Source: Escherichia coli
Lineage (GTDB): Bacteria; Pseudomonadota; Gammaproteobacteria; Enterobacterales; Enterobacteriaceae
Strand: one strand, 5' to 3'
Assembly (NCBI RefSeq): GCF_041886205.1
Contig: NZ_CP169029.1
Length of the DNA: 64,000 nucleotides
Position numbers and translations under genes: made by a program. Shown in pieces: positions 37,954 to 54,164 of the stretch; position 1 is the first letter of the stretch; each line of letters begins with the position of its first letter. Below the pieces are notes generated by a model. That model did no database searches and was not told the origin of the DNA. It saw only the letters and a list, made by a program, of their open reading frames with translations.

Positions 37954-38080
37954 GGGAACACCTCCTTCTTTGCAGTTATGCCAATCATGCAAGCGAAGGA
38001 GAAAAGCAGCTATCAGACAGAAGATGAAAAGCGCGGGAATGGCTGGAAATACTTAATGATTCGGAGGAGTCTGAAGGAAT

Positions 38081-38167
38081 GCCTGATGCGACGCTTAACG
38101 CGTCTTATCAGGCCTACCGCTCGTACCATTTGTCCAGGGCGGATGAGGCGTTTATGCCACATCCGCC
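38081..38167. repeat. Pair of REP units (BIME-like)
   Basis: GCCTGATGCGACGCTTAACGCGTCTTATCAGGCC and GGCGGATGAGGCGTTTATGCCACATCCGCC. Confidence 0.8.
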
Positions 38168-38179
38168 AGTGTACGTCGA

Positions 38180-39484
38180 TTAATGCAACTTCAAACGCGG
38201 ACGGATAACGCGGTTAATACTCCCCACCAGCATCATTAATCCGGTTTTAAAGTAACCATGCAGCGCAATCTGATGCATTCGGTATAGCGAGATATATACA
38301 AAGCGCGCAATTCGTCCTTCAATCATCATTGAGCCGCGCGTCAGGTTACCCATCAGGCTACCAACGGTGGAGAAGTTCGACAGCGATACCAGTGAACCAT
38401 GATCTTTATACTGATAATTTTTCAGCGGCTTACCGTTTATCTGCGCCAGAATATTGTTCATTGCGCAGGTCGCCATCTGGTGTGCAGCCTGAGCACGCGG
38501 CGGAACAAAGCCCCCTTCCGGACGCGGGCATGACGCGCAGTCGCCAATAGCGTAAATGTCTGGATCGCGGGTGGTTTGCAGCGTCGGTTCCACCACCAGC
38601 TGGTTGATACGGTTAGTTTCAAGACCACCGATATCTTTCAGGAAGTCTGGCGCTTTGATCCCGGCTGCCCATACCATCAGATCCGCCTCAATATATTCGC
38701 CATCTTTAGTGTGCAGGCCGCCTTCATCAGCACTGGTGACCATGGTTTGCGTCAGCACGCGAACGCCAAGTTTCGTTAGCTCGTTGTGGGCCGCAGCAGA
38801 GATACGTGGCGGTAACGCAGGCAAAATACGTTCTCCCGCTTCTACCAGCGTTACGTTCAGGGCTTCGTTGGTCAGGCCTTTGTAACCGTAGCTGTGCAGT
38901 TGCTTGACCGCGTTGTGCAATTCAGCGGAGAGTTCTACACCCGTCGCGCCGCCGCCGACAATCGCAATGTTCACTTTGCCATTCGCGCCCAGGTTGGCGG
39001 AGTATTTCAGGAACAGATTCAGCATCTCCTGGTGGAAGCGACGCGCCTGGTGCGGGTTATCGAGGAAAATGCAGTTCTCTTTGACACCTGGTGTATTGAA
39101 ATCGTTAGAGGTGCTACCCAGCGCCATTACCAGTGTGTCATAGGCGATTTTACGTTCCGGAACCAGCAGTTCACCTTTCTCGTCGCGCAGTTCTGCAATA
39201 GTGATTGTTTTCGCTTCACGATCAATATCAATGACGGAACCCAGCTGGAACTGGAAACCATGATTGCGCGCATGGGCCAGATAGCTCAACGCATCGACGC
39301 CTTCATCAAGCGAGCCAGTCGCCACTTCGTGCAGCAGCGGTTTCCACAGGTGGCTGTGGTTACGATCGACCAGCGTAATTTTGGCTTTTTTCTTGCGTCC
39401 CAGCTTATGCCCCAGCTGTGTTGCCATTTCCAGCCCACCAGCACCGCCGCCGACAATCACAATTTTTTTCAATGGCGTAGTCAA
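38180..39484 (-). CDS. ndh: NADH:quinone oxidoreductase II (NDH-2)
   Basis: ORF with FAD-binding GGGAGG motif; 434 aa from MTTPLKKIV. Confidence 0.95.
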   Translation of the reverse strand: MTTPLKKIVIVGGGAGGLEMATQLGHKLGRKKKAKITLVDRNHSHLWKPLLHEVATGSLDEGVDALSYLAHARNHGFQFQLGSVIDIDREAKTITIAELRDEKGELLVPERKIAYDTLVMALGSTSNDFNTPGVKENCIFLDNPHQARRFHQEMLNLFLKYSANLGANGKVNIAIVGGGATGVELSAELHNAVKQLHSYGYKGLTNEALNVTLVEAGERILPALPPRISAAAHNELTKLGVRVLTQTMVTSADEGGLHTKDGEYIEADLMVWAAGIKAPDFLKDIGGLETNRINQLVVEPTLQTTRDPDIYAIGDCASCPRPEGGFVPPRAQAAHQMATCAMNNILAQINGKPLKNYQYKDHGSLVSLSNFSTVGSLMGNLTRGSMMIEGRIARFVYISLYRMHQIALHGYFKTGLMMLVGSINRVIRPRLKLH

Positions 39485-39755
39485 CGTGACCCCCTTAAAT
39501 TTATTAACCAATTGTTAATTAATGGTTATTAACATAGCTCTTAATTAACAACAGGTTACAGCAATGAAAATGTTCTTCGCTATTGAGAATAACATGAATG
39601 GTGCATTGGTCATACCAAAATTGATGTTAATCAAGTTTTGTTGCTGAAAAGATAGGCGACTTTACCGGGTGAGATCAAAAAACAGAGTTTATTGTTTATT
39701 ATTTGAGCGAATTTGTGAGAGTGATATAGAGTGAGGGGTGTATGCAGGGCGTTCG

Positions 39756-39880
39756 GTAGGCCTGATAAGAGGCGCATCAGGCATTGATGCTCGACTGTCG
39801 GATGCGGCGTAAACGCCTTATCCGACTTACAGAATTCGGAGCGCATCAGGTACCGGCAAGGTTACCTGATGCGACGAGGG
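39756..39880. repeat. Cluster of REP units (BIME)
   Basis: Repeated GCCTGAT..ATCAGGC-type palindromes. Confidence 0.75.
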
Positions 39881-39883
39881 CAT

Positions 39884-40426
39884 TTACCCGAGGGTTTTGA
39901 ACGCTTTAATGCGCTGCAAATGCGGGGAGATATTCTTGAATTTGTGCGTCTGCTCTTCGTCCCAGACAATCTCGTAATAATGATGCAACTCTTCAGATGT
40001 CCGCTGGCTGTTAAGCGCTTCATCATTACGCGACAAAATCACCAGGCAACGATCGCGATTCTTCTCGCGGAAGTTGGTCACACACTTAGTGGCAATATCG
40101 GCATACTCTTCCGGGCGATCAATCTTGCCTTCCATGTTCTCATAAGGGAACAAATTAGGGTTGAAGATCACCTGACGGATATCGCAAAGAAAACCAATCC
40201 GTTCCGCCCAGTATCCGCCCAGACCAACGCCGCAAATCAGCGGACGCTCGTCGACGTTCAGTTGCAACATTTTGTCCACTTCTTTGAGCAGATGCTGCAT
40301 ATCATGTTTCGGATGCCGCGTACTGTAGCTTATCAAGCGTACATCCGGGTCAATAAACTGCAATTGTAAGACTTTCTCGTGGTTACCCGGACTGTTAGAG
40401 TCAAAACCGTGTAAATAGATAATCAT
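39884..40426 (-). CDS. ycfP: YcfP (UPF0227) esterase-like protein
   Basis: ORF; 180 aa from [11 protein letters not shown]. Confidence 0.85.
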
Positions 40427-40448
40427 CGCTTCCTCACATAAGCCAGGG

Positions 40449-42289
<1,841 letters not shown>

Positions 42290-42309
<20 letters not shown>

Positions 42310-42934
42310 CTTTACCTGACCAGATAATTTCGCCCGTCTGCACCAGCATCAGCTGCATTTGTAGGGTCGGAGCGTTAACGTTGCCAGAGGCGCTGGAGTA
42401 TAGCACGTAATGAGCGCCGACATTGCGGGCAATGCCTATGGCTTTACTACGGGTACCTAAACTGTCCTGCGGCGACAAACCTAACTGTTGCTTAGCCATC
42501 GACAGCTGCTGGGCGGAAACCAGGGTAAATTTACCGTTATTAGCCAGCGCATTTCGCAGCGTTTCGGTCGCTTCTGCGGCATTCAGCGAACCGTTAGTAC
42601 GGTTGTTAACGCTATCAACCAGCAGGACGCTACCCGCAGTCACCCCGTCAGCCCCAAGCATCTTACTGACCATCGGCTGCATTGCGCCATTCCAGTCATA
42701 ATGGCGAATATGCGGCGCAGGCGGTGCAGTTTGATCTTCGTGCTCAATTGGGCCTGGCTGCTGCGGGATCGTCGGCACCGAGGGCACTGTGGGGACAGGC
42801 TGTTGTGGCTCGGCTGGTTGTTCCGGCGCTGGTTTCACTTCTTCTACCGGTGCAGGTTCACGTTGCCCCACACACCCGGCGAGAAACATCGCCAGCGCGG
42901 TAATCAAGGCGTAGCGACTCATTTTTGTCATCAA
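42290..42934 (-). CDS. lpoB: PBP1b activator lipoprotein LpoB
   Basis: ORF with lipobox LAGC. Confidence 0.9.
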
Positions 42935-42944
42935 GATTCACCCC

Positions 42945-43322
42945 TTACAAATATAGATAAAGTCTGACTTTGTGCGCCCCCAGAAAATTGGCGCTGCCGT
43001 ACAGCGTTACCGCCGAATGTGCGGGAATGGTAACGCTGCGTGGCCTTTCCAGAGGATGCATCTCCAGCCCTCTGGCGTCATACCAGTAAAAACGATAATG
43101 AACGGTAATGGGTTCTTGCCTTTCGTTATAAAGCGTTGAGGATGCTGAAGGTTGAATATCAGACGTCGAAAGGACGGGCTTTTCTGCACTGATGCCCGCA
43201 GCCAATAAAGATGACTCCATCACCAGCGATTGCTCATCATTCACCGGAATTTCCGGATGTGAACGACAGCCCACCAGCAGTAACAACGCCAGAGACACCA
43301 GCCCAAAGCATCCTTTTCTCAT
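42945..43322 (-). CDS. ycfL: YcfL lipoprotein
   Basis: 125-aa ORF with lipobox LVGC. Confidence 0.85.
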   Translation of the reverse strand: MRKGCFGLVSLALLLLVGCRSHPEIPVNDEQSLVMESSLLAAGISAEKPVLSTSDIQPSASSTLYNERQEPITVHYRFYWYDARGLEMHPLERPRSVTIPAHSAVTLYGSANFLGAHKVRLYLYL

Positions 43323-43324
43323 CG

Positions 43325-43684
43325 TTACAGACCTTTATGTGCCAGCATTGGTCCCAGCGGACAGCCACCCAACAAGTGCATATGGATGTGGTAAACCTCT
43401 TGTCCGCCATGGCGGTTGGTATTCATGATCAGACGATAGCCATCTTCGGCAATACCTTCTTGCTCAGCAATTTTTGCCGCTACGGTGATCATGCGTCCCA
43501 GCGCCTGCTCATGCTCAGCTGACACGTCGTTCACAGTCGGAATGAGGATATTCGGAATGATCAGAATATGCGTTGGCGCTTGGGGCGAAATATCGCGAAA
43601 CGCCGTTACCAGATCATCCTGGTAGACGATATCGGAGGGGATCTCACGACGAATAATTTTGCTGAATATAGTTTCTTCTGCCAC
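43325..43684 (-). CDS. hinT: Purine nucleoside phosphoramidase HinT (HIT family)
   Basis: HIT motif HIHMHLLGG; probable GTG start giving 119 aa. Confidence 0.93.
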   Translation of the reverse strand: MAEETIFSKIIRREIPSDIVYQDDLVTAFRDISPQAPTHILIIPNILIPTVNDVSAEHEQALGRMITVAAKIAEQEGIAEDGYRLIMNTNRHGGQEVYHIHMHLLGGCPLGPMLAHKGL

Positions 43685-44017
43685 GACATTTTCCTTTTTC
43701 AAATAGCCATGCGTTGCGCCATGCTACGCCGCGCCACACTGCGAGTATAGAGTATGGTCGAGTTAAACCTGCTCTTTCAACCTTAACTCACGATTTCTTA
43801 AGCAAAAAATCGTTTTGCTGCCGTATATATCGCCATTATTCCCATTTCTGCCTGCGAATGCGCTGAAAAGACATTCTCTGTTTGGTTTACACGACAAATA
43901 TGAATGCGTATATTTCTCATTTGCATTTACACGCAAAATTATTCGCACACTAAATATAACCGCTCATCACCCTCCTCCGGCATGAGCCTGACGACAACAT
44001 AAACCAAGAGATTTCAA

Positions 44018-46207
44018 ATGCTTTCAACACAATTTAACAGGGATAATCAATATCAAGCCAGCACCAAACCGTCACTACTTGCCGGTTGCATAGCATTGGC
44101 ACTATTACCTTCTGCCGCTTTTGCCGCTCCAGCCACTGAAGAAACGGTGATTGTTGAGGGTTCAGCCACAGCTCCAGATGATGGCGAAAATGATTACAGC
44201 GTAACGTCTACCTCTGCGGGTACCAAAATGCAGATGACTCAACGTGATATTCCTCAGTCGGTCACTATTGTTAGCCAGCAGCGGATGGAAGATCAGCAGT
44301 TACAAACGCTGGGCGAAGTGATGGAAAACACGCTGGGGATCAGCAAAAGTCAGGCGGATTCCGATCGTGCTCTTTATTATTCCCGCGGATTCCAGATCGA
44401 TAACTATATGGTTGATGGTATCCCCACCTATTTTGAATCGCGCTGGAATCTGGGCGACGCACTTTCTGATATGGCACTGTTTGAACGCGTAGAAGTAGTG
44501 CGTGGCGCGACAGGACTCATGACCGGGACGGGTAATCCATCTGCGGCAATTAATATGGTTCGAAAACACGCGACCAGTCGTGAATTTAAAGGCGATGTCT
44601 CGGCGGAATACGGTAGCTGGAACAAAGAACGGTATGTGGCGGATTTACAAAGCCCACTCACCGAAGACGCTAAAATCCGCGCGCGAATTGTCGGCGGCTA
44701 CCAGAATAACGACTCATGGCTGGACCGCTACAACAGTGAAAAGACCTTCTTCTCGGGCATTGTCGATGCTGATTTAGGCGATCTTACGACGCTTTCAGCC
44801 GGTTACGAATATCAGCGCATTGATGTTAATAGCCCTACCTGGGGCGGTTTACCGCGCTGGAATACTGATGGCAGCAGCAACAGTTACGATCGTGCACGCA
44901 GTACCGCACCTGACTGGGCGTACAACGATAAAGAGATCAACAAGGTCTTTATGACCCTGAAGCAGCGGTTTGCTGATACCTGGCAAGCGACACTGAATGC
45001 CACCCACTCTGAAGTCGAATTTGACAGCAAAATGATGTATGTCGATGCCTATGTAAACAAAGCGGATGGTATGCTGGTTGGGCCATACAGTAATTATGGA
45101 CCTGGCTTTGATTATGTCGGCGGCACCGGTTGGAACAGTGGCAAACGTAAAGTTGATGCGCTGGATTTGTTCGCTGACGGTATTTATGAATTGTTTGGTC
45201 GTCAGCACAATCTAATGTTTGGTGGCAGTTACAGCAAACAAAACAATCGTTACTTCAGTTCATGGGCCAACATCTTCCCGGATGAAATTGGCAGTTTCTA
45301 CAACTTTAATGGCAATTTCCCACAAACCGACTGGTCACCACAGAGCCTGGCACAGGACGATACCACACATATGAAATCGTTATATGCTGCCACTCGAGTC
45401 ACCCTTGCCGATCCGCTGCATCTGATCCTCGGCGCACGTTATACCAACTGGCGGGTTGATACGCTGACTTACAGCATGGAGAAAAACCACACCACGCCTT
45501 ACGCTGGTCTGGTGTTTGACATCAATGACAACTGGTCGACCTACGCCAGCTATACCTCTATTTTCCAGCCGCAAAATGATCGTGACAGTTCAGGCAAATA
45601 TCTGGCTCCAATCACCGGTAACAACTACGAGCTGGGTCTGAAATCGGACTGGATGAATAGCCGTCTGACCACCACGTTAGCCATCTTCCGTATTGAGCAG
45701 GATAATGTCGCTCAGTCCACCGGTACACCTATCCCCGGCAGCAACGGCGAAACCGCCTATAAAGCGGTGGATGGGACAGTCAGTAAAGGGGTGGAATTTG
45801 AACTCAACGGCGCAATTACCGACAACTGGCAGCTGACATTTGGCGCAACGCGCTATATTGCAGAGGATAACGAAGGAAACGCCGTTAATCCTAATCTGCC
45901 ACGCACCACGGTTAAAATGTTCACCAGCTATCGGTTGCCTGTCATGCCAGAGTTGACGGTCGGCGGTGGTGTTAACTGGCAAAATCGCGTGTATACCGAC
46001 ACCGTGACACCGTATGGCACCTTCCGCGCCGAGCAAGGTAGCTACGCGCTGGTGGATCTCTTCACCCGCTACCAGGTGACGAAAAACTTCTCGTTACAGG
46101 GGAACGTCAATAACCTGTTCGACAAAACCTACGATACCAACGTGGAAGGTTCTATCGTCTACGGCGCACCGCGTAATTTCAGCATTACCGGCACGTATCA
46201 ATTCTGA
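44018..46207 (+). CDS. fhuE: TonB-dependent ferric-coprogen/rhodotorulate receptor FhuE
   Basis: 729-aa ORF ending in C-terminal Phe. Confidence 0.95.
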   Translation: MLSTQFNRDNQYQASTKPSLLAGCIALALLPSAAFAAPATEETVIVEGSATAPDDGENDYSVTSTSAGTKMQMTQRDIPQSVTIVSQQRMEDQQLQTLGEVMENTLGISKSQADSDRALYYSRGFQIDNYMVDGIPTYFESRWNLGDALSDMALFERVEVVRGATGLMTGTGNPSAAINMVRKHATSREFKGDVSAEYGSWNKERYVADLQSPLTEDAKIRARIVGGYQNNDSWLDRYNSEKTFFSGIVDADLGDLTTLSAGYEYQRIDVNSPTWGGLPRWNTDGSSNSYDRARSTAPDWAYNDKEINKVFMTLKQRFADTWQATLNATHSEVEFDSKMMYVDAYVNKADGMLVGPYSNYGPGFDYVGGTGWNSGKRKVDALDLFADGIYELFGRQHNLMFGGSYSKQNNRYFSSWANIFPDEIGSFYNFNGNFPQTDWSPQSLAQDDTTHMKSLYAATRVTLADPLHLILGARYTNWRVDTLTYSMEKNHTTPYAGLVFDINDNWSTYASYTSIFQPQNDRDSSGKYLAPITGNNYELGLKSDWMNSRLTTTLAIFRIEQDNVAQSTGTPIPGSNGETAYKAVDGTVSKGVEFELNGAITDNWQLTFGATRYIAEDNEGNAVNPNLPRTTVKMFTSYRLPVMPELTVGGGVNWQNRVYTDTVTPYGTFRAEQGSYALVDLFTRYQVTKNFSLQGNVNNLFDKTYDTNVEGSIVYGAPRNFSITGTYQF

Positions 46208-46266
46208 ATAACACCTTTAAAAAAGGCAGCCATCTGGCTGCCTTAGTCTCCCCAACGTCTTACAGA

Positions 46267-47700
46267 TTAGTGGTTACGGATGTACTCATCCATCTCGGTT
46301 TTCAGGTTGTCGGATTTAGTACCGAAAATCGCCTGAACACCAGAACCAGCAACCACTACGCCCGCTGCGCCCAGTTTCTTCAGGCCGGCCTGATCCACTT
46401 TAGACACATCAGCAACGCTGACGCGCAGACGGGTAATACATGCGTCGAGGTTAGTAATGTTTTCTTTACCACCAAATGCAGCAACCAGAGCCGGTGCCAT
46501 TTCGCTGGTACCTGTCGCTTTTGCATCTTCAGTCGCGTCTTCACGACCCGGCGTTTTCAGATCCAGTGCTTTAATCAGCACGCGGAAGATGGTGTAGTAA
46601 ACAATCGCATAACCGATACCGACGATCGGGAACAGCCACAGTTTGCTGCTGTTACCAGACAGAACGATGAAGTCGATCAGACCGTGCGAGAACGACGTAC
46701 CGTCACGCATCCCCAGAAGAATACAGATTGGGAATGCCAGGCCTGCCAGAATCGCGTGGATGATGTACAGGATCGGCGCAACGAACATGAAGGAGAACTC
46801 GATCGGCTCGGTGATACCGGTCAGGAACGAGGTCAGCGCCGCGGAGATCATAATACCGCCCACTTTCGCGCGGTTTTCTGGTTTAGCAGAGTGCCAGATA
46901 GCAATTGCGGCAGCTGGCAGACCGTACATTTTGAACAGGAAGCCACCAGACAGTTTACCCGCAGTCGGGTCACCCGCCATATAACGCGGAATGTCGCCGT
47001 GGAAAACCTGACCTGCTGCGTTGGTGTATTCACCAATCTGCATCTGGAAAGGTACGTTCCAGATGTGGTGCAGACCAAACGGTACCAGGCAACGTTCGAT
47101 GAAACCGTAAATGCCAAACGCAACTACCGGGTTCTGGTAAGCAGCCCACTGAGAGAAGGTCTGGATTGCAGAACCAATCGGCGGCCAAATGAAGGACAGC
47201 ACAACGCCAGTAAAGATGGCAGCCAGGCCAGAAATGATCGGCACAAAGCGTTTACCGGCAAAGAAGCCAAGATACTCAGGCAGCTTAATACGGTAGAAAC
47301 GGTTAAACATGTACGCTGCGATCGCACCGGAGATAATCCCTCCGAGTACGCCAGTATCCGCCAGGTGTTTAGAGGCGATTTCTTCAGCAGGTAAATGCAG
47401 TACCAGTGGCGCAACCACGGCCATGGTTTTCACCATGATGCCATAGGCAACAACTGCGGCCAGCGCGGATACGCCATCGTTATTGGTAAAGCCGAGGGCG
47501 ACACCGATCGCAAAAATCAGTGGCATGTTTGCAAAGACGGAACCGCCTGCTTCTGCCATAACATGCGATACAACGGCGGGCAGCCAGCTGAAATTCGCGG
47601 AACCGACGCCCAGCAGAATACCTGCGATAGGCAGTACGGATACCGGCAGCATCAGCGATTTACCGACCTTTTGCAGGTTAGCAAATGCATTCTTAAACAT
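46267..47700 (-). CDS. ptsG: Glucose-specific PTS EIICB
   Basis: 477-aa ORF. Confidence 0.97.
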
Positions 47701-47994
47701 AATTGAGAGTGCTCCTGAGTATGGGTGCTTTTTTTACGTTCTCACGCGTGGCAAGGGGGGAGAGCCTCGCCGTGTACAGGGCATCTAAGCGCCCTTTATT
47801 TATTACACAGAGTAAAATAATTCAGTGCCAATTTGTTTGACGGCTATCACGTTTCAACTTCAGATCATTGGAGAAGTTGCACATTTTGACAAAACATATG
47901 TCACAATATTTCAAACGTGGTTATTCACCGCCCAATTTTCGGCGGTGAACTTTACTCGTTTTAGCCATTAATTACGAGCTTTAAAAAAACTCAT

Positions 47995-48792
47995 TCAACG
48001 GATGGATTGAAGGCGGGAAGCGTCGATGTGAAACAGACGGGCGAAGTTATCGGTGGTTACCTGCGCCAGTTCTTCAACGGCAACACCTTTCAACACAGCC
48101 ATGTATTCTGCAACGTCACGAACCATCGCAGGTTGATTCTCTTTTCCTCGATGCGGTACCGGCGCAAGGTAAGGTGAGTCAGTTTCCACCAGTAACCGAT
48201 CCAGGGGGACATAACGCGCAGCATCGCGCAGTTGCTCCGCATTACGGAAGGTCACAATGCCGGAAAAGGAGATGTAAAATCCGAGATCCAGTAATTTGCC
48301 CGCCGTTTCTCTGTCCTCTGTAAAACAGTGTAGTACGCCACCGCAATCCGTCACTTTTTCTTCGCGCAGAATTGCCAGCGTATCGGCGCGGGCGTCACGG
48401 GTATGGACGATAACCGGCTTGTTCAGTTCACGACCAATCTGGATATGATGGATGAAGGACTCTTGCTGACGAACTTTAGTTTCCGGTGTGTAATAATAAT
48501 CCAGCCCGGTTTCTCCCAGCGCTACAACACCCTCTTCTGCCGCCAGACGGCGTAAATCTTCTACATCGTAGGGATCATTCTGGTTGAGTGGATGCACGCC
48601 ACAAGAAAATACGACGTTGTCACGTTCGCCTACCAGATCCCGCATGTGTAAATAGCCCGGTAATGTTGTGGCGACTGCCAGACAAAAATTCACATCGCGT
48701 GCGGCGGCTTTCGCCAGAACGTCATCCACGTCCTTATGCAAAGATTCATAATCCAGACCATCGAGATGGCAGTGTGAGTCGACTAAAAACAT
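47995..48792 (-). CDS. ycfH: TatD-family metal-dependent DNase YcfH
   Basis: ORF; 265 aa from MFLVDSHCHLD. Confidence 0.9.
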   Translation of the reverse strand: MFLVDSHCHLDGLDYESLHKDVDDVLAKAAARDVNFCLAVATTLPGYLHMRDLVGERDNVVFSCGVHPLNQNDPYDVEDLRRLAAEEGVVALGETGLDYYYTPETKVRQQESFIHHIQIGRELNKPVIVHTRDARADTLAILREEKVTDCGGVLHCFTEDRETAGKLLDLGFYISFSGIVTFRNAEQLRDAARYVPLDRLLVETDSPYLAPVPHRGKENQPAMVRDVAEYMAVLKGVAVEELAQVTTDNFARLFHIDASRLQSIR

Positions 48793-48802
48793 GATGTCTC
48801 TC

Positions 48803-49807
48803 TTAAAGATGAGGAACCGGTAGCACAACGCCCGGTTGCAGGTAATGCTCAATACGCAGTAAAAGATCGGTGATGAGAAGCTCGCGGTTGATGCCTGTGA
48901 CAGACATTAACTGTTCACGAATGTGGCAAACATCCCCCAGTATAGCCTGCAGGCGCGAGGGAGAAAGATGGTTTGCCAGTTCGGCGACCAGGCCCGGCAC
49001 ATCAACATTGGTCACCTGCGCAGCGCCATGATGGCGTTTTAGCGCATCCATCAGCAACGTTGCCAGCCAGTGTAAACGCGCCGGAGCTTGTTCATGATTA
49101 AGGGCCGCCAGCAGCGAATACCAGTCGCCCGATGGTACGCTATATGCCAACGCCTGACACAATGTTTCACGAGCCTGCCAGTTATCTCCCTGAAACAACG
49201 CCAGTGCCGCGCCAGGCGAACCGGCGCTTAAGCGCAATGCGGCAAGTAATGCATCCTGTGACATTGTCACTTCGCGTGAAAGCCAGGTCACGGCGTACTG
49301 TTCCGGCGGCGGCGCAAGGTAATGTAACCGACAACGACTACGTAATGTTGCCAGTAAACGTTCAGGCTCGCGGGTAGCCAGGAAAAACCAGGTTTCTGCT
49401 GGTGGCTCTTCAAGCGTTTTCAGCAATGCGTTAGCCGCGGCGTCGGTTAGTAAGGCAGCATCGGTTACCCAGACAACTTTCGCACCACCTAAGCGTGCGT
49501 GCTCATTCAGCTTTTCGGTGACCTCACGTACCGCATCAATGCCCAACGCATTTTTCCCTTTTTCGGGAGCCAGGGTGTAGTAATCGGGATGCGTGCCAGC
49601 CTGCATCAACTGACATCCACGACAGTGACCGCAACTTTTGTGACCCTGCGGTTGTTGGCAGAGTAAATAACGGCTCAGGGCGTAGATTAAAGCATCATCG
49701 CCCATGCCCGGTAACGCCTGAATGAGCAGCGCATGGTGACCTCTTCCGGCCTGATAGCTGGCTACCAGTTTTTCGAAATCAGGTCGTAACCATGGATACC
49801 ATCTCAT
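48803..49807 (-). CDS. holB: DNA polymerase III delta-prime subunit
   Basis: 334-aa ORF. Confidence 0.95.
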   Translation of the reverse strand: MRWYPWLRPDFEKLVASYQAGRGHHALLIQALPGMGDDALIYALSRYLLCQQPQGHKSCGHCRGCQLMQAGTHPDYYTLAPEKGKNALGIDAVREVTEKLNEHARLGGAKVVWVTDAALLTDAAANALLKTLEEPPAETWFFLATREPERLLATLRSRCRLHYLAPPPEQYAVTWLSREVTMSQDALLAALRLSAGSPGAALALFQGDNWQARETLCQALAYSVPSGDWYSLLAALNHEQAPARLHWLATLLMDALKRHHGAAQVTNVDVPGLVAELANHLSPSRLQAILGDVCHIREQLMSVTGINRELLITDLLLRIEHYLQPGVVLPVPHL

Positions 49808-50445
49808 GCGTCCAACTCCTTCACCCAGTGGGTCACGGTAGTGCGGATTGCATCCATCACGGCCTCCAGCGGCTGGGTGGCATCAATGGTATGAATGCTT
49901 TTATCTTGTGCTGCCAGTTCCAGATAGCGGGCGCGGGTGCGATTAAAGAAATCGAAAGACTCTTGCTCAATACGATCCAGCTCGCCGCGCGCACGCGCGC
50001 GTTTTAAGCCAACTTCCGGGGTAACATCGAGATAGAGCGTTAAGTCGGGGCGAAAATCACCGAGAACAGCATCACGCAGTGTTGCCAGCATATGTTGGTC
50101 AATACCACGTCCGCCGCCCTGATACGCCTGAGTGGAGAGATCGTGGCGATCGCCAATCACCCAGGTGCCGTTAGCCAGCGCAGGTTTGATGACTGTTTCT
50201 ACCAGTTGAACGCGCGCGGCATAAAACATCAGAACTTCGGCTTTATCGGTAATGACTTCATCGCCTACCGATTTGATATCCAGCACCAGGCTTCTTAACC
50301 TTTCGGCAAGTTGCGTACCGCCAGGTTCCCGAGTGAAAACCATGTCGCGGATACCCAGTTGCTCGAGCGTCTCAACCACCACATTACGCGCGGTAGTTTT
50401 GCCTGCGCCTTCCAGCCCCTCAATGACGATATACTTACTGCGCAT
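49804..50445 (-). CDS. tmk: Thymidylate kinase
   Basis: P-loop GLEGAGKTT; 213 aa. Confidence 0.97.
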   Translation of the reverse strand: MRSKYIVIEGLEGAGKTTARNVVVETLEQLGIRDMVFTREPGGTQLAERLRSLVLDIKSVGDEVITDKAEVLMFYAARVQLVETVIKPALANGTWVIGDRHDLSTQAYQGGGRGIDQHMLATLRDAVLGDFRPDLTLYLDVTPEVGLKRARARGELDRIEQESFDFFNRTRARYLELAAQDKSIHTIDATQPLEAVMDAIRTTVTHWVKELDA

Positions 50446-51457
50446 TTTTTTCCTTAAGCACTTTCAGATAATCCTGCACAGACTTGTTATGACTGGCAAG
50501 ATTGGTATTAAACGTGTGACCACCTTTACCATCGGCCACAAAATAGAGATACGGCGTTTTTGCCGGATGCGCAGCAGCCTTCAGCGAATCCGCCCCCGCC
50601 GTAGCTATCGCACCCGGCGGCAAACCGGTAATGGTATAGGTGTTATACGCTGTCGGCGTTTCCAGGTCTGCACGAGAAAGTTTGCCATTATAACGCTCTC
50701 CCATCCCGTAAATCACGGTTGGGTCGGTCTGCAAGCGCATACCAATGCGTAAACGGTTGATAAATACCGAGGCAACCTGATCGCGTTCACTGGCAACGGC
50801 GGTTTCTTTTTCGATAATTGATGCCATCGTCACCAGCTGATTTTTATCTTTATAAGGCAGACCGTCCGCACGCCCTTCCCAGGCGCTATCGACCGCTTTC
50901 ACCATTTTCTTGTGCGCTCGCTTGAGTAACGCGACATCGGTGGTATTGGCGGTATACATCCAGGTGTCTGGCCAGAACCAACCTTCAATCCACTCCGGGT
51001 TTTCCAGTTCAAGTGCCTGCGCTACGGTGGCGTACTTATCGTCACTCAGCGTGTGCTTGATATACGGAGCCTCACGCAATTGCTTGAGGTAGTCGCTCAG
51101 ACGCATCCCTTCTACCAGTCGCAGCGGGAACTGTGCTTCTTTACCGCTTTCCAACAATTTCAGCATCTCGCGCACGGTCATCTGCGGTGTAAAGCGGTAA
51201 GTCCCGGCTTTAAAGTGAGAAAGATCCGGTTCGATACGCAGCAGCCATTGAAAAACCCGTGGGCGATTGATGATCTTATCAGCATAAAGCTGTTCACCGA
51301 GCGCCAGACGTCCGGTCCCTGGCTTCAGGGTAAATATCGTCTCTTCTTTGATAAGCAATTTGCTGTCGGCAAGATGGCGAACCTTCCAGACGCCCACACC
51401 AGCGGCGATACCCAGTACCACCAGCAATAACAAGATTATCAATAACACTTTTTTCAT
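50435..51457 (-). CDS. mltG: Endolytic murein transglycosylase MltG (YceG)
   Basis: 340-aa ORF. Confidence 0.93.
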   Translation of the reverse strand: MKKVLLIILLLLVVLGIAAGVGVWKVRHLADSKLLIKEETIFTLKPGTGRLALGEQLYADKIINRPRVFQWLLRIEPDLSHFKAGTYRFTPQMTVREMLKLLESGKEAQFPLRLVEGMRLSDYLKQLREAPYIKHTLSDDKYATVAQALELENPEWIEGWFWPDTWMYTANTTDVALLKRAHKKMVKAVDSAWEGRADGLPYKDKNQLVTMASIIEKETAVASERDQVASVFINRLRIGMRLQTDPTVIYGMGERYNGKLSRADLETPTAYNTYTITGLPPGAIATAGADSLKAAAHPAKTPYLYFVADGKGGHTFNTNLASHNKSVQDYLKVLKEKNAQ

Positions 51458-51459
51458 GA

Positions 51460-52269
51460 CTAATTCGGGCGCTCACAAAGTGGGGCTAAATATTCATATA
51501 ACGTTGCTGACGAAAAGGAGACATCGCCACAGGCACGTACGGGCATCACTGGCATTAACGCATTACAAATAACCATCTCATCTGCCTGCAACGCCTCTTC
51601 CAGAGAAGCTTGCACTTCGACAAGCTGATAAGAGGATTGTGCCAGCAAACGGATACAGAATTGTCGCATAATGCCGTTAACACCTGCCTGATCCAGTCGC
51701 GGCGTATAAACTACGTTGCCCTTCCGCCAGAACAAATTAGCCGCACAGCATTCCGTAACCCACCCTTCGCTGTCAAGGACCAGCGCCTCATCAGCGTTTG
51801 TCTGCTCAAGATGAGAGCGAATCAATACTTGCTCAAGCCGATTAAGATGTTTAATACCTGCAAGATGAGGATTGCGCCCCAGCCGCACCGGGCTTAGCAC
51901 CAACGTCATCCCCTCGTTACGCAAACGGTCGTAATGTGCAGGATAAGCCGTAACGGAGAGAATCCGCGTTGCTGGTCCGCTGTTCAATGTGCTGTACCCT
52001 CGCCCGCCACTACCGCGACTGATCACGACTTTCAGTACACCATTTTGCTGTTCTGCTGCCAGCGTTTTCATCTCTTGTTCAAGCTGAGGCCAGAAGTCAC
52101 AGGAAATCATCAACCGCTGACAAGCATCCTGTAGTCGCTGGATATGCGCCGATAACAAACTGACTTTACCGTCGATAACTCTGGCAGTGGTAAAACAACC
52201 ATCACCAAACTGCGTTGCCCGATCGCTTACTGCCAGCGATTCCTGCTTATAACCGTTAATTAAGAACAT
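51460..52269 (-). CDS. pabC: Aminodeoxychorismate lyase PabC
   Basis: 269-aa ORF. Confidence 0.93.
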   Translation of the reverse strand: MFLINGYKQESLAVSDRATQFGDGCFTTARVIDGKVSLLSAHIQRLQDACQRLMISCDFWPQLEQEMKTLAAEQQNGVLKVVISRGSGGRGYSTLNSGPATRILSVTAYPAHYDRLRNEGMTLVLSPVRLGRNPHLAGIKHLNRLEQVLIRSHLEQTNADEALVLDSEGWVTECCAANLFWRKGNVVYTPRLDQAGVNGIMRQFCIRLLAQSSYQLVEVQASLEEALQADEMVICNALMPVMPVRACGDVSFSSATLYEYLAPLCERPN

Positions 52270-52388
52270 ACCGGCTCCTTATCAGAGAATTGTTAGTGTG
52301 GCAGCATGTTCACTACGGAACAAGTCGGAATAAAAGCTAAGAAAAAAGGCCCGCAAGCGGACCTTTTATATGGGTGGGAAATGACAAC

Positions 52389-53660
<1,272 letters not shown>

Positions 53661-53717
53661 CTAGTGGGACAAAAAGATAAAACTCAGGCGGTCGAACGAC
53701 CGCCTGGAGATGTTCAC

Positions 53718-53954
53718 TTACGCCTGGTGGCCGTTGATGTAATCAATGGCAGCCTGAACGGTGGTGATTTTCTCAGCTTCTTCGTCCGGAATCTCAGTAT
53801 CAAACTCTTCTTCCAGAGCCATTACCAGCTCAACGGTGTCAAGAGAATCCGCGCCCAGGTCTTCAACGAAAGAAGCATTGTTGGTAACTTCTTCCTGCTT
53901 AACGCCCAGCTGTTCGCCGATAATTTTCTTAACGCGTTCTTCGATAGTGCTCAT
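53718..53954 (-). CDS. acpP: Acyl carrier protein
   Basis: 78-aa ORF with DSLD phosphopantetheine site. Confidence 0.98.
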
Positions 53955-54164
53955 ACTCTTAAATTTCCTATCAAAACTCGCTTTCGCGATGGTTTTCGTA
54001 GTGTATAAAATGTTGAAAAATTTGCAACTAAATCCCGGCAGGTCTTACCACGATTTTACGTTATTTTGAGGCCTTACCCCCCAATAACGCAAATCATTTT
54101 GCACTAATTATTACTCATAACCACGCAGACTGCGCGCAACATGAGCATTTTGTGCAAATCGCGG

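Noticed and set aside
43703-44017. Fur box upstream of fhuE
   Set aside because: AT-rich region with loose resemblance to the Fur consensus near 43890-43930, but no 19-bp match could be confirmed by eye.
46270-47394. 374-aa plus-strand ORF
   Set aside because: Antisense to ptsG; R/D/T-rich low-complexity translation typical of a reverse-frame artefact.
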